In this document: positions 37,425 through 49,430 of the stretch, piece after piece | Position numbering within the stretch: the first letter of the stretch is position 1 | Layout: each line of letters opens with the position of its first letter | Source: an uncultured Clostridia bacterium | Lineage (GTDB): Bacteria; Bacillota; Clostridia; Peptostreptococcales; Anaerovoracaceae | DNA length: 64,000 bases | Direction of reading: 5' to 3' | Assembly: GCA_938034165.1 (NCBI GenBank) | Contig: CALHKP010000038.1 | Location: 6,029 to 70,028, forward strand | Made by a program: the position numbers and the translations under genes | Notes under the pieces: generated by a model | Databases searched by the model: none | The model's input: the letters and a program-made list of their open reading frames with translations, nothing else | What the model was told of the DNA's origin: nothing

Positions 37425-39290
37425 TTATTTTTCGTCGTCAACAACTTCGTAGTCAGCATCAACTACATTATCATCTGCATGTGAATCCTGAGGCTGTTCA
37501 CTCTGAGCACCTGCAGAAGCTCCCATGCCTGCGCCCATATCAGCACCCTGCTGCTGAGCCTGCTGGTATAATTTAGCTGAGATAGCTCCGAATTTTTCTG
37601 TTAAGTTAGTTGTCTTTTCTTTGATTTCTTCAGGGTTATTTGCTTCAAGAGCCTTCTTTAGCTCTTCTTTTGCATCTTCAACCTGCTGTTTTTCTTCAGC
37701 TGAAATCTTACCGTCAAGTTCAGCAAGAGATTTTTCTGTTTCGTAAACCAGGTTTTCTGCCTTGTTTCTGTCTTCAATAGCTTCTCTTCTCTTCTTGTCT
37801 TCTGCAGCATATGCTTCAGCTTCTTTTACCTTCTGGTTGATTTCATCTTCTGAAAGGTTAGTCGATGATGTGATTGTGATATTCTGAACCTTGCCTGTTC
37901 CAAGGTCTTTTGCACTTACGTTAACGATACCATTAGCATCAATATCGAATGTTACTTCAATCTGTGGAACTCCACGTGGTGCAGCAGGAATTCCTGTCAG
38001 CTGGAACTGACCGAGAAGAATGTTATCTGCTGCCATTTCTCTTTCACCCTGCATTACTCTGATATCTACAGCAGTCTGGTTGTCAGCTGCAGTTGAGAAT
38101 ATCTGGCTCTTCTTTGTTGGGATTGTAGTATTTCTTTCGATTAACTTAGTTGCAACTCCGCCGAGTGTTTCGATTGACAGTGAAAGTGGTGTAACATCAA
38201 GAAGAAGTACGTCATTAACTTCACCTGTAAGTACACCTGCCTGAATAGCAGCACCGATTGCAACGCATTCGTCAGGGTTGATCCCCTTGAATGGTTCTTT
38301 ACCTGTAATTTTCTTTACTGCTTCCTGAACTGCAGGAATTCTTGTTGATCCTCCAACCAGGATAACCTTAGCAAGATCGCTGTTTGTAACGCCTGCGTCA
38401 GCCATAGCTTTTCTAACAGGTTCAAGTGATCTTTCTACAAGGTCTGCTGTCAGCTGATCGAATTTTGCACGAGTCAAATCCATGTTCATGTGAAGTGGAC
38501 CTTCAGCTGTTACTGTAATAAATGGCAGGTTGATGTTTGTAGTCTGTGCACTTGAAAGTTCTTTCTTTGCCTTTTCTGCAGCTTCCTTCAGTCTCTGAAG
38601 TGCCATGTTGTCTTTTCTCAGGTCTACACCGTGTTCTTTTGCAAATGAATCTGCCAGGAAGTTCATAACAGCATTGTCAAAGTCGTCACCACCTAGATGT
38701 GTATCTCCGTTAGTAGCAAGTACTTCGAATACTCCATCACCTAATTCAAGAATTGACACGTCGAATGTACCACCACCCAAGTCATATACTAGGATTTTGT
38801 GAGCACCTTCTTCTTTGTCAAGGCCGTATGCAAGTGAAGCTGCTGTAGGTTCGTTGATGATTCTCTTAACATCCAAACCTGCAATCTTTCCTGCATCCTT
38901 AGTTGCCTGCTTCTGTGCATCTGAGAAGTAAGCAGGTACTGTAATTACAGCTTCTGTTACCTTTTCTCCAAGATAGCTTTCAGCGTCAGCCTTCAGCTTA
39001 CCCAGAATCATCGCTGAAATATCCTGCGGTGTGTATTTCTTTCCATCAATTTCTACGATGTGGTTTTCACCCATGTATCTCTTGATTGATGCGATAGTTC
39101 TGTCAGGGTTTGTTACTGCCTGTCTCTTTGCAGTTTCACCTACAAGTCTTTCACCGTTCTTTGCAAAGCCTACAACTGATGGTGTAGTTCTGTTGCCTTC
39201 AGCATTAGCGATAACTACAGGTTCTCCGCCTTCTAATACTGCAACGCAGCTGTTTGTTGTTCCTAAATCTATTCCTATTACTTTTGCCAT
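37425..39290 (-). CDS. dnaK: Molecular chaperone DnaK (Hsp70)
   Basis: 621 aa containing [17 protein letters not shown] and ..[11 protein letters not shown]... Confidence 0.98.
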   Translation of the reverse strand: MAKVIGIDLGTTNSCVAVLEGGEPVVIANAEGNRTTPSVVGFAKNGERLVGETAKRQAVTNPDRTIASIKRYMGENHIVEIDGKKYTPQDISAMILGKLKADAESYLGEKVTEAVITVPAYFSDAQKQATKDAGKIAGLDVKRIINEPTAASLAYGLDKEEGAHKILVYDLGGGTFDVSILELGDGVFEVLATNGDTHLGGDDFDNAVMNFLADSFAKEHGVDLRKDNMALQRLKEAAEKAKKELSSAQTTNINLPFITVTAEGPLHMNMDLTRAKFDQLTADLVERSLEPVRKAMADAGVTNSDLAKVILVGGSTRIPAVQEAVKKITGKEPFKGINPDECVAIGAAIQAGVLTGEVNDVLLLDVTPLSLSIETLGGVATKLIERNTTIPTKKSQIFSTAADNQTAVDIRVMQGEREMAADNILLGQFQLTGIPAAPRGVPQIEVTFDIDANGIVNVSAKDLGTGKVQNITITSSTNLSEDEINQKVKEAEAYAAEDKKRREAIEDRNKAENLVYETEKSLAELDGKISAEEKQQVEDAKEELKKALEANNPEEIKEKTTNLTEKFGAISAKLYQQAQQQGADMGAGMGASAGAQSEQPQDSHADDNVVDADYEVVDDEK

Positions 39291-39313
39291 TTCATTTTCC
39301 TCCTTATAAATCT

Positions 39314-39877
39314 CTAATTATTTACTTTTACCATTGAAGGTCTTATAACCTTCTTGTTCAGCATGTACCCCTTCTGCAATACAGCTGTAACTTTTCCGCT
39401 TTCGAAATCGTCATTGTCTTCTGTCATAACAGCATTGTGGAAGTTTGGATCAAAGTCCTCACCTTCTGCAGCAATTTCTTCAAGTCCTGCTTTTTCCAAA
39501 GCATCATAGAACTGTTTGAAAATCATCTGCATGCCTTCCTTAAACTTTTCATCTGACGCATCAACAGATAATGCTCTTTCGAAGTTGTCTAACACTACGA
39601 GAAGATCTGTAACAATCTTTTCGTTTGCATATGAATAAAGATTCTGCTTTTCTTTTTCAGCTCTTCTCTTGAAGTTCTGAAAATCAGCCATCAATCTCAT
39701 ATATTTTGCTTCAGCAGCTTCGTCCTCCTGAGGTGCTTCAGCTTCGTCGGTACATTCAGTACTTTCCGCTTCAACTTCTGGCTCTGCATCAGTTTCCGCT
39801 TCTGTATCCTTCTGTTCTTTCTTGAGCTCCTCCTCAGGAACTGCTGTCTTGTTTTCTTCACTCACTCTTTCTTTCAC
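39314..39877 (-). CDS. grpE: Nucleotide exchange factor GrpE
   Basis: Acidic N-terminus followed by ..[15 protein letters not shown].. and a C-terminal beta domain. The annotated start is a GTG overlapping hrcA by 20 nt, so the exact start is uncertain. Confidence 0.9.
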   Translation of the reverse strand: MKERVSEENKTAVPEEELKKEQKDTEAETDAEPEVEAESTECTDEAEAPQEDEAAEAKYMRLMADFQNFKRRAEKEKQNLYSYANEKIVTDLLVVLDNFERALSVDASDEKFKEGMQMIFKQFYDALEKAGLEEIAAEGEDFDPNFHNAVMTEDNDDFESGKVTAVLQKGYMLNKKVIRPSMVKVNN

Positions 39878-40904
39878 CGCCTTCTAATTTAAATGTATCA
39901 TTCAGATTTTCTGTAAGATATTCTACTATTGATGTGACCTCTCCGTACTTCATTCTGGTAGGTCCTATAACACCTATCTTTCCGACCATCTTGCCGTCGA
40001 CATGATATGTTGCCGTTATCAACGAACAGTCATTCATCATATCATCGGCATTCTCGCCTCCGATAGTTACTATCATTCCATTGTCTCGCTCGATAATCTT
40101 TCGCATGAAGTCTTCTTTTTTGTCAAGCAGTGTCAGGAAGCTTCGAGCTCTTTCAATATCATTATACTCAGGAATATCAAAGATGTTTGTCAAACCATCC
40201 ATATACAGATGAACATTTAGCATATCCTCAAGTGTCTTCATGAAATCCGGCATAATATTTTCTGCCAGCCTACTCATTGCCTCTATGTCTGATTCAAAGT
40301 CAGATATGATTCTGGATTTCATAACATCGGAAAGCTTTCTGCCTCTGTATGTATATGTCATATTCTTGGATAATATCTTGAGACTCTCTTCTGTATAAGG
40401 CACATCCAGCTTCAACACTGTGTTTGAAACCTCACCGCTGTCAGCTACAATCATCAGAATAACCGTATGCCTATCCACCGGAAGAAGATTTACGAAATTA
40501 AGTGTATCTTCAACCTTCGTCGGTGTCATTGCAAAAGATGTAAGATTAGTTATCTCCGAAAGTATCTTGGTAACATGCTGAATGGTCTTGTCAAACTCGT
40601 TGATGTTTGCCTGCAGTCTGTCAGCAATAACTGTCTTTTCTGCAGGAGTAAGCTCATGCTTTTTCATCAAATCGTCAACATAAAGCCTGTATGCCTTGTC
40701 AGAAGGTACTCTGCCTGCCGAAGTATGAGGATGTGTGAGATATCCCATTTCTTCCAAATCACTCATCTCATTTCTTATAGTTGCAGGACTGATACCAAGA
40801 TCAAATTTCTTCGAAAGTGTTCTCGAACCTACCGGTTCAGCAGAAGAAACATAATCGCTTATTATTGCCTGAAGAATCTTAAGCTTTCTGCCTGTTAAGT
40901 CCAT
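39858..40904 (-). CDS. hrcA: Heat-inducible transcription repressor HrcA
   Basis: 348 aa. N-terminal wHTH (..RKLKILQAIISDYVSSAEPVGSRTLSK..). A CIRCE operator lies upstream. Confidence 0.95.
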   Translation of the reverse strand: MDLTGRKLKILQAIISDYVSSAEPVGSRTLSKKFDLGISPATIRNEMSDLEEMGYLTHPHTSAGRVPSDKAYRLYVDDLMKKHELTPAEKTVIADRLQANINEFDKTIQHVTKILSEITNLTSFAMTPTKVEDTLNFVNLLPVDRHTVILMIVADSGEVSNTVLKLDVPYTEESLKILSKNMTYTYRGRKLSDVMKSRIISDFESDIEAMSRLAENIMPDFMKTLEDMLNVHLYMDGLTNIFDIPEYNDIERARSFLTLLDKKEDFMRKIIERDNGMIVTIGGENADDMMNDCSLITATYHVDGKMVGKIGVIGPTRMKYGEVTSIVEYLTENLNDTFKLEGGERKSE

Positions 40905-40960
40905 ATAAACACCTCCTATCCATCAGTTATATGTTTTCGTGAAATTTATTTTTCGTATTA

Positions 40961-40987
40961 TTAGCACTCATTATCTCTGAGTGCTAA
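40961..40987. promoter_or_regulatory. CIRCE operator (HrcA binding site)
   Basis: TTAGCACTC-N9-GAGTGCTAA is a perfect consensus inverted repeat, lying between the predicted promoter and the hrcA start. Confidence 0.92.
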
Positions 40988-40998
40988 TCACTATATAT

Positions 40999-41027
40999 AA
41001 TTTACTCCTCCTATTCCTAAATGTCAA
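40999..41027 (-). promoter_or_regulatory. sigma-A type promoter of the hrcA-grpE-dnaK-dnaJ operon
   Basis: Minus strand shows TTGACA (41022-41027), a 17-bp spacer, then TAAATT (40999-41004). CIRCE begins about 12 nt downstream of the -10. Confidence 0.55.
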
Positions 41028-41127
41028 TAGATATATGATAAATTTTGAAGTATTTATCCCGACTTTTACAATATCTTCACATTTTATTCAATGATCTAAC
41101 GGACTCAATAGACTAAAGCACACCCAT

Positions 41128-41158
41128 ACAAAAAAGGGCCTTAGAAAGGTCCCTTTTG
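41128..41158 (-). terminator. Intrinsic terminator after glpK
   Basis: Minus strand reads AAAAGGGACC-UUUCUAA-GGCCCUUUUUU, starting 4 nt after the glpK stop. Confidence 0.7.
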
Positions 41159-41161
41159 ATA

Positions 41162-42667
<1,506 letters not shown>

Positions 42668-43789
42668 TTAAACAAATATCGACATAATTTTGTTTGATAT
42701 GTCAATACCGCTTTCTGTAAGTCTTAGAAAACCATTTTCTTCAATTATATATTTATTTTCAATAAAGGGTCTGAGTTCTTCCATTCTGTCCGAAAATACA
42801 TCGAAAAACTTTTTTCCGAACTTTTTTTCGAAATCCGCAAGACAAATTCCTTTGGTTTTTCTCAGCCCTGTAAAGACAAATTCCGACACATTATCCTCAA
42901 ACGTGTTTATGTGAAACTCCGGATAGGGAGCTTCTGTAAATCTCATGCCTCCTATGTACGATGAAGCACTGTCACCGATTCCAAGATATTCATCCATTGA
43001 CCAGTATTTCAAGTTATGTCTACACTCATAGCCCGGCTTTGCAAAATTTGAAATCTCGTAATGCTCATATCCTGCCTGCTTAAGCAAATTGATTGCGGTA
43101 TGATACATTTCTCTGTCAAGTTCATCTGAAATTTGTTCAATTTTTCCTGATACAAACATATCAAACAGGGGCGTTCCCTCTTCTATCTGCAAACTGTAAA
43201 GTGACAGATGCTCCGGACTCAGGCTAACAGCTTCTTTTAGTGTTTCAAGCCATATATCCATGCTGTGACCCGGCACGCTAAACATAAAATCCAGATTAAT
43301 ATTATCAAATCCCGCGCGTCTTGCATCGAAAAAATTCTTTCTGAAGGTTTCGGCATTGTGGATTCTTCCCAGTCTTTTTAGAATATTGTCGTCCAGAGAC
43401 TGCACTCCCATAGAAAGTCTGTTGATTCCGTATGTTCTATACAAACAAAGCTTCTCATAGTCAAGGGTTCCCGGATTTGTTTCTATTGTTATCTCACTGT
43501 TTTCTGATATTTCAAAGCATTCTCTGAGCTTTCGGAGGATTCTACCAATATTCTCCGGATGAAGAACTGACGGCGTTCCCCCACCTATAAACACTGTATC
43601 TACAATGTAATCTTTGCCATACTCTCTCGAATAGCATTCTATATCTTCTATTATATCATTCACATATTTTTCTTCTTTTTCTTCAGAAAGTTCTCCGCCC
43701 TTTGAATAAAAACCGCAATAAATGCACTTTGATTTGCAAAAGGGTATGTGAATGTAAATTCCGAGATTCTTTTTATTTGTTGTCATCAT
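42668..43789 (-). CDS. hemW: Radical SAM family heme chaperone HemW (HemN-like, oxygen-independent coproporphyrinogen oxidase-like)
   Basis: Contains [16 protein letters not shown] (CxxxCxxC). Conserved lepA-hemW linkage. Confidence 0.9.
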   Translation of the reverse strand: MMTTNKKNLGIYIHIPFCKSKCIYCGFYSKGGELSEEKEEKYVNDIIEDIECYSREYGKDYIVDTVFIGGGTPSVLHPENIGRILRKLRECFEISENSEITIETNPGTLDYEKLCLYRTYGINRLSMGVQSLDDNILKRLGRIHNAETFRKNFFDARRAGFDNINLDFMFSVPGHSMDIWLETLKEAVSLSPEHLSLYSLQIEEGTPLFDMFVSGKIEQISDELDREMYHTAINLLKQAGYEHYEISNFAKPGYECRHNLKYWSMDEYLGIGDSASSYIGGMRFTEAPYPEFHINTFEDNVSEFVFTGLRKTKGICLADFEKKFGKKFFDVFSDRMEELRPFIENKYIIEENGFLRLTESGIDISNKIMSIFV

Positions 43790-45581
43790 ATTTTAAAACT
43801 GCTGTGAATGCTTCCTGTGGCACTTCTACTTTTCCGAACTGTCTCATTCTCTTCTTTCCTTCCTTCTGTTTTTCCAGAAGTTTCTTCTTACGGGAAATGT
43901 CACCACCGTAGCATTTTGCAATTACGTCCTTTCTGTAGGCTTTTACGGTTTCTCTCGCTATTACCTTCTGACCCACCGCAGCCTGAATAGGCACCTCGAA
44001 CTGATGCATAGGAATGATTTCCTTCAGCTTTTCGCATACGAATCTTCCTCTATTGTATGCTTTTGATTCATGAACAATCATGGAGAATGCGTCCACCAAA
44101 TCTTTGTTCAGAAGCACGTCCAGTTTTACGAGATTTGATTTTTCGTATCTGATAAATTCGTAGTCAAGGGATCCGTAGCCTCTTGTCTTTGACTTGAGAG
44201 CATCAAAGAAGTCATAGATAACTTCGTTTAGCGGAAGTTCGTAATGTAGCTGAACTCTGTTTTCGGTTATGTATTCCATGTGAATCATGGTTCCTCGTCT
44301 GTCCTGACAAAGTTCCATAATGGAACCTACATATTCTTTCGGAATCATTATGTCCGCTTTTACGATAGGCTCTTCTATGTGATCAATTTCTGTCTGTGGA
44401 GGTAGATTTGTAGGATTCTGAATCATTTCCACACTGCCGTCAAGCATAACAACCTTGTAAACTACACTTGGAGACGTCGTAATAACAGCAAGATTAAACT
44501 CTCTTTCCAGTCTTTCTACTATGATTTCCATATGAAGAAGTCCTAGGAATCCACATCTGAAACCAAAGCCTAGAGCTGTTGAAGTTTCAGGTTCAAAAAT
44601 AAATGCCGCATCGTTTACCTGGAGTTTTTCGAGAGCGTCTTTTACACCTTCGTATTTTTCGCCTTCTGCAGGATAAATTCCGCAGTATACCATAGACTGT
44701 ACCTTCTTGTATCCCGGCATAGGTTCTGCTGTAGGGTCTTTATCCAGCGTGATTGTATCCCCGACTCTAGCATCTCTTACCTGCTTGATGCTTGCACAAA
44801 TATATCCTACCTCCCCCGCTCTCAGGAATTTGGTAGGCACGTGAGAAGGAGCCATAACACCGACTTCTGTTACCTCGTATTTCTTGTTTGTGTTCATCAG
44901 TCTGATGGTGTCTCCCACCTTCACCTGACCGTCAAAAACTCTTGCATATATAACAACACCCTTGTAGTTGTCATATACAGAGTCAAAGATGAGAGACTTG
45001 AGTTTTCCGTTTACATCTCCTGTCGGTGCAGGTATAGTCTTAACCACTGCCTCAAGAAGGTCGCCTATTCCGGTACCTTCTTTTGCAGAAACCAGAGGTG
45101 CATCCTCTGCATCAATTCCTATCATTTCCTCGATTTCTTCTTTTGTTTCCTCCGGTCTTGAACTTGCAAGGTCTATCTTATTCAGACACGGAAGTATTTC
45201 AAGGTCTTCATCCAGTGCAAGATATACGTTTGCCATAGTCTGAGCTTCTACACCTTGAGTTGAGTCCACAACAAGAACCGCACCTTCACATGCAGCAAGA
45301 CTTCGCGACACCTCGTAGTTAAAGTCTACGTGACCCGGTGTGTCTATTAAGTTAAAGATGTATTCGTTTCCGTCATTGGCCTTATAAACAAGTCTTGTTG
45401 TCTGAAGTTTGATTGTGATTCCTCTTTCTCTTTCGAGATCCATATTATCAAGGAACTGTTCCTTCATGTCTCTGTGAGCAACCAAACCGGTATTTTCTAT
45501 GATTCTGTCAGCCAGCGTAGACTTACCGTGGTCAATATGGGCTATGATACTGAAGTTTCTTATATATTTCTGATAATCCAT
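43773..45581 (-). CDS. lepA: Translation elongation factor 4 (LepA)
   Basis: 602 aa containing [28 protein letters not shown] and NKIDL, plus the LepA C-terminal domain. Confidence 0.97.
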   Translation of the reverse strand: MDYQKYIRNFSIIAHIDHGKSTLADRIIENTGLVAHRDMKEQFLDNMDLERERGITIKLQTTRLVYKANDGNEYIFNLIDTPGHVDFNYEVSRSLAACEGAVLVVDSTQGVEAQTMANVYLALDEDLEILPCLNKIDLASSRPEETKEEIEEMIGIDAEDAPLVSAKEGTGIGDLLEAVVKTIPAPTGDVNGKLKSLIFDSVYDNYKGVVIYARVFDGQVKVGDTIRLMNTNKKYEVTEVGVMAPSHVPTKFLRAGEVGYICASIKQVRDARVGDTITLDKDPTAEPMPGYKKVQSMVYCGIYPAEGEKYEGVKDALEKLQVNDAAFIFEPETSTALGFGFRCGFLGLLHMEIIVERLEREFNLAVITTSPSVVYKVVMLDGSVEMIQNPTNLPPQTEIDHIEEPIVKADIMIPKEYVGSIMELCQDRRGTMIHMEYITENRVQLHYELPLNEVIYDFFDALKSKTRGYGSLDYEFIRYEKSNLVKLDVLLNKDLVDAFSMIVHESKAYNRGRFVCEKLKEIIPMHQFEVPIQAAVGQKVIARETVKAYRKDVIAKCYGGDISRKKKLLEKQKEGKKRMRQFGKVEVPQEAFTAVLKYDDNK

Positions 45582-45666
45582 TAAATTCTCTCCTTTGGAT
45601 AAAAATTGCTTTATCAGGCCGAAATCACACGAGAACCGAAGTTTGTGTGAGACCGCACCTCATTTT

Positions 45667-45695
45667 ATTATATTTGAAAACAATGGATTTTTCAA
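45667..45695 (-). promoter_or_regulatory. sigma-A type promoter of lepA
   Basis: Minus strand shows TTGAAA (45690-45695), a 17-bp spacer, then TATAAT (45667-45672). The -35 lies inside a 12-bp perfect palindrome (45681-45709). Confidence 0.55.
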
Positions 45696-45887
45696 GGAAA
45701 AATCCATTGCCATCTATTTATCAGAATCAACCCAAATCTTTGCAATTTCAATTCTTTAAGATTTCTTAAACTTATCTTGTTTTGATTGATTTTTTTGTCC
45801 GCTGCTATATAATTGTTATTAGTGAAAATTTAATAGAACTTCCATCCGCCGCTCACATGGGCTAATTAAAATATTCAGCTTTTTTCC

Positions 45888-45916
45888 TTGCTTTTATTGC
45901 AGTTATCGTGTATAAT
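45888..45916 (+). promoter_or_regulatory. sigma-A type promoter of rpsT
   Basis: TTGCTT (45888-45893), a 17-bp spacer ending in TG, then TATAAT (45911-45916). Confidence 0.6.
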
Positions 45917-45977
45917 ATACACGCGAATTTAGCATTAGTATTGCTGAAAATTTTAAGAATAGTGGGGTGAATTAATT

Positions 45978-46250
45978 ATGGCAAATATTAAATCCGCAAA
46001 AAAAAGAATCAGAGTTATCGACAAGAAAACTGCAAGAAACAGAAGAGTTAAGGAACACATCAAGACAGCTATCAAGGACTTCGAAGCTGCATTAGCTTCA
46101 GGAGATATGGAAAAAGCTGCAGAAAAGCTTACTTTAGCAGAAAAGAAGCTTATGCAGGGAGCTGCTAAGGGAACAATTAACAAGAAAGCTGCTTCAAGAA
46201 AAGTTTCAAGATTAACTATCAGATTCAACGCTGCAAAAGCAGCAAAATAA
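45978..46250 (+). CDS. rpsT: 30S ribosomal protein S20
   Basis: MANIKSAKKRIRV..., a 90-aa basic protein with a typical S20 N-terminus. Confidence 0.96.
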   Translation: MANIKSAKKRIRVIDKKTARNRRVKEHIKTAIKDFEAALASGDMEKAAEKLTLAEKKLMQGAAKGTINKKAASRKVSRLTIRFNAAKAAK

Positions 46251-46301
46251 GTCTCACCCGTCCCCACCCGTGTATAAGTTAAATACACAGCAATTGAGCG
46301 A

Positions 46302-46333
46302 AAAACGATGGAAGTGTCTCCCATCGTTTTTTT
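46302..46333 (+). terminator. Intrinsic terminator after rpsT
   Basis: Stem AAAACGAUGG/CCAUCGUUUU (46302-46311 pairs with 46321-46330), followed by UUU. Confidence 0.7.
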
Positions 46334-46356
46334 ATTTAACCAGAAACGGAGTAAAA

Positions 46357-47874
46357 ATGAAATTATATGATATTCTGTCCGGCCTAGACTACAATTTGAT
46401 ACCGGAAAATGTAACGACAGATTATGACATATGCGATATCGTATATGACTCAAGAAATGCAAAACCCGGTACAGTGTTTGTTGCTATTGCCGGAGAAACC
46501 CTAAACGGTCACAAATTTATAAAAAATGCTTATGATAACGGCTGTAGAACCTTTGTTATCACAGAAGATGTACAGCCGCTTTCCGAAGCCGTATATATAA
46601 AAGTAGATAATGCGAGAATTGCACTATCAGAAATGTCATGCAACTTCTTCGAAAATCCTTCAAAAGACCTCAAGATTATAGGTGTTACAGGAACCAAAGG
46701 AAAGACTACCATAACCACTTCCATATCACAAATTCTGAACTCCTGTGGCATTTCGACAGGATTAATTGGTACAAATGGTGCTTCTTACAGCGATAAGACA
46801 ATTCCCACATCAAATACCACACCTGAGAGTTATGAGCTTCAGAAGATTTTTAGAGAGATGCTTGATGCCGGAATAAAATGTGTATGTATGGAAGTATCCT
46901 CAGGGGGGCTGATGATGCATCGTGTAGATAATGTCGAATTTGACATTGCACTATTCACTAACATTTCACCCGATCATATCGGTCCGAAAGAGCATCCTAC
47001 TTTCGAAGATTACCTTAACTGCAAGGCAAGACTTTTCTCACTGGCAAAAGTCGGCATCATCAACTACGATGACGAACACGCCGAGTATATCCGCAGCTAT
47101 GCCACTGAACACGGATGCAGAGCCCTTGGTTTTGCTATAAAGAACAAATCCGCAAATCTCAATGCAGACTTCATTGCTAAGGATATAGCTTATCACGAGA
47201 GCTTAGAAACTTTGGGTTCTGATTTTACATGCGAAGACCATGTCCACTGCTCTGAATACAGATATACAATCCATATGCCGGGAGCATTCAGTGTATATAA
47301 CGGACTTGCTTTTATAGCGGTATGCAGGCTCCTCGATATAGAAGAAAAATCTATTGCAGACGCAATGACAAAAATAAAAGTAGACGGCAGAATCGAAATA
47401 ATCAATACTCTGCCCTATGCAACAGTAGTACTGGACTATGCCCACAACAAGACAAGTCTGGAGAATATCCTGACTTCACTGAGGGCATATAAGCCAAACA
47501 GACTCATCTGTCTTTTCGGTTCTGTAGGTGGAAGAACCAAGCTCAGGAGAAAACAACTGGGCGAGGTAGCATCACAACTCTGTGATTTCTGCATAATAAC
47601 AAGTGAGGACCCTCGTGATGAAGATCCTCAGCAGATTATAGATGATATCACAGCCGAATTCAAAGAAGGAAGTTGTCCCTTCATTACAGAGGTAGACAGA
47701 AAAACCGCCATTTTTAAGGCTGTAGACATGCTCGAGCCCGGTGACATTCTGATTTTAGCCGGAAAAGGTGCCGAAACATATATGTATATTGACGGCAAAA
47801 AGATTGACTATGACGAAAGAGCATGCGCTCAAGCTGCAATAGAAGCGCGCCTGGAAAAAGACAAAAAACAGTAA
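46357..47874 (+). CDS. murE: UDP-N-acetylmuramoyl-L-alanyl-D-glutamate--diamino acid ligase (MurE paralogue 1)
   Basis: Contains ..YDSRNAKPGTVFVAI.G...GH.F.., the P-loop GVTGTKGKTT, DYAHN, and EDPR in place of the DNPR motif. Start set to the ATG at 46357 (RBS AACGGAG). The ORF-track GTG at 46270 lies in the rpsT terminator region. Confidence 0.85.
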   Translation: MKLYDILSGLDYNLIPENVTTDYDICDIVYDSRNAKPGTVFVAIAGETLNGHKFIKNAYDNGCRTFVITEDVQPLSEAVYIKVDNARIALSEMSCNFFENPSKDLKIIGVTGTKGKTTITTSISQILNSCGISTGLIGTNGASYSDKTIPTSNTTPESYELQKIFREMLDAGIKCVCMEVSSGGLMMHRVDNVEFDIALFTNISPDHIGPKEHPTFEDYLNCKARLFSLAKVGIINYDDEHAEYIRSYATEHGCRALGFAIKNKSANLNADFIAKDIAYHESLETLGSDFTCEDHVHCSEYRYTIHMPGAFSVYNGLAFIAVCRLLDIEEKSIADAMTKIKVDGRIEIINTLPYATVVLDYAHNKTSLENILTSLRAYKPNRLICLFGSVGGRTKLRRKQLGEVASQLCDFCIITSEDPRDEDPQQIIDDITAEFKEGSCPFITEVDRKTAIFKAVDMLEPGDILILAGKGAETYMYIDGKKIDYDERACAQAAIEARLEKDKKQ

Positions 47875-47880
47875 AAAAAT

Positions 47881-47951
47881 AAGTGATATTCTCAGAAGAT
47901 GCGAGTGTGTTCAATAAAAGGAACATACTCGCATTTTCAAGATTATCACTT
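47881..47951. terminator. Bidirectional terminator shared by the two convergent murE paralogues
   Basis: Inner stem AUGCGAGUGUGUUC/GAACAUACUCGCAU (47899-47912 pairs with 47921-47934). Outer stem AAGUGAUA/UAUCACUU (47881-47888 pairs with 47944-47951). T-rich runs lie on both sides. Confidence 0.7.
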
Positions 47952-47985
47952 TTTGTTTTATCCAATATATTATCTTCTTTGTTTA

Positions 47986-49389
47986 TTATTTTTCTTCCAT
48001 CAATGATTTCAATACACGTCTTGCTATATTATTGTCCCCTTCCCATGGAACCTTCTTTTTTCCGATGTACATGTAAGGTTCATCACCTTTTCCGAGTACC
48101 GCAACACAGTCACCCTGCTTTGCCTCGCGAATAGCTTTTTCTATAGCGTTTTTTCTGTCCATTACTCTGTGAACATTTGTCTTGTCTGAAATACCCTCCA
48201 TTATCATGTCGGCAATCTCCTCAGGATCGCTTTCTCTTCTATCATACTGAGTCAGGAAAATTTCGTCTGCATATTTATCTGTTACTTCACCCAGTTCTTT
48301 GCGCTTGGATTCATCTCTGTTTCCCGGTGCTGAAATAACAGCAATCAATCTCTTGTCAGGCTCCAGATATGATTTTATGAATCCAAAAAACTTTTCGTAT
48401 CCGTCAGGTGTATGGGCATAATCAACAAATACATCGAAGTCCTGTCCTTCATTGATTTTTTCTGCTCTTCCGGCAATCTGACTTATATCAGCAGCCTTTC
48501 TTCTAATCAGTTCCATTGGTGCTCCAGCATTATGCATTGCAGCAATTGCAGCAAGTAAATTATATACATTGTATTCACCCAACAGGTTTGTTTCAAAATG
48601 AACAACTCCTTCGGAATATACCAAATCAAAGGAACTTCCGCTACCGAAGCACTTCACGTTTTCTGCCCTGTAATCAGCCTCATTCTCTATGCCATAAGTG
48701 ATGACCTTCGCCGAAGTACATGTTCTCAGTGCATCCAATGTAGGGCTGTCAGCATTCAAAACAGCAGCTGATGTATCAGCCAGTTCCTCAAACATCTTTC
48801 GCTTTGCAGCGAAGTATTCTTCCATGGTCTTATGATAATCGAGATGGTCATGGGTAAGGTTCGTAAAAATTGCATAATCAAAATCGACTGCATCAACTCT
48901 TCCCATAGCAAGTCCCTGGGAACTTGCCTCAAGAGCAACTGCTTCAGCACCCTTCTTTTTCATCGAATACAGCGAATTGTGGAGAGTTACTGCGTTTGGA
49001 GTCGTAAGACCTCCTTCAATAACAAAATCCCTAAACCTTGTTGCAATAGTTCCTATATATCCGCAAGGCTTAACCTCATCAAAAATCTGCTGGATTATGT
49101 TAGTCACAGTAGTCTTTCCGTTGGTTCCTGTTACTCCGAATACTGTCATCTTCTTTGTGATATCTTCAAAGTAAATCTTACAGGCAAAGTTCATAGCCTC
49201 CACAGTATCCGGAACCTGTATATAGTTAACACCCTCTCGCTTGTTTTTTAAAGGTTTTGAATGAAAAATTACAGAGGCTCCATTGTTGATTGCATCATCG
49301 ATAAAATCGTGCCCATCAAGTTCGTTTCCAATAATGCAGATAAAAGTATCGCCTTTTTTCACTTTTCTTGAATCAATAACTAAGCTCAT
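47986..49389 (-). CDS. Mur ligase, MurE-like paralogue 2 (UDP-MurNAc-L-Ala-D-Glu--diamino acid ligase family)
   Basis: Contains IDSRKVKKGDTFICI.G...DGHDF, the P-loop GVTGTNGKTT, DYAHTPD and GKGDEPY. The DNPR position reads YDRR. Confidence 0.8.
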   Translation of the reverse strand: MSLVIDSRKVKKGDTFICIIGNELDGHDFIDDAINNGASVIFHSKPLKNKREGVNYIQVPDTVEAMNFACKIYFEDITKKMTVFGVTGTNGKTTVTNIIQQIFDEVKPCGYIGTIATRFRDFVIEGGLTTPNAVTLHNSLYSMKKKGAEAVALEASSQGLAMGRVDAVDFDYAIFTNLTHDHLDYHKTMEEYFAAKRKMFEELADTSAAVLNADSPTLDALRTCTSAKVITYGIENEADYRAENVKCFGSGSSFDLVYSEGVVHFETNLLGEYNVYNLLAAIAAMHNAGAPMELIRRKAADISQIAGRAEKINEGQDFDVFVDYAHTPDGYEKFFGFIKSYLEPDKRLIAVISAPGNRDESKRKELGEVTDKYADEIFLTQYDRRESDPEEIADMIMEGISDKTNVHRVMDRKNAIEKAIREAKQGDCVAVLGKGDEPYMYIGKKKVPWEGDNNIARRVLKSLMEEK

Positions 49390-49430
49390 ATAAACAATCC
49401 TCTCTGTTTTTAGTTTAGAGTTTCGATCTT

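Noticed and set aside
45681-45709. The 12-bp perfect hairpin upstream of lepA as an intrinsic terminator
   Set aside because: Only a 4-U tract follows it on the minus strand. Nothing upstream needs terminating. The hairpin also contains the -35 of a near-consensus lepA promoter. I kept it as a possible operator (see findings), not as a terminator.
45953-46462. A 169-aa minus-strand ORF overlapping rpsT and the murE start
   Set aside because: It is an antisense shadow of the Lys/Ala-rich rpsT gene and of the rpsT terminator. It has no RBS and a hydrophobic, low-complexity translation.
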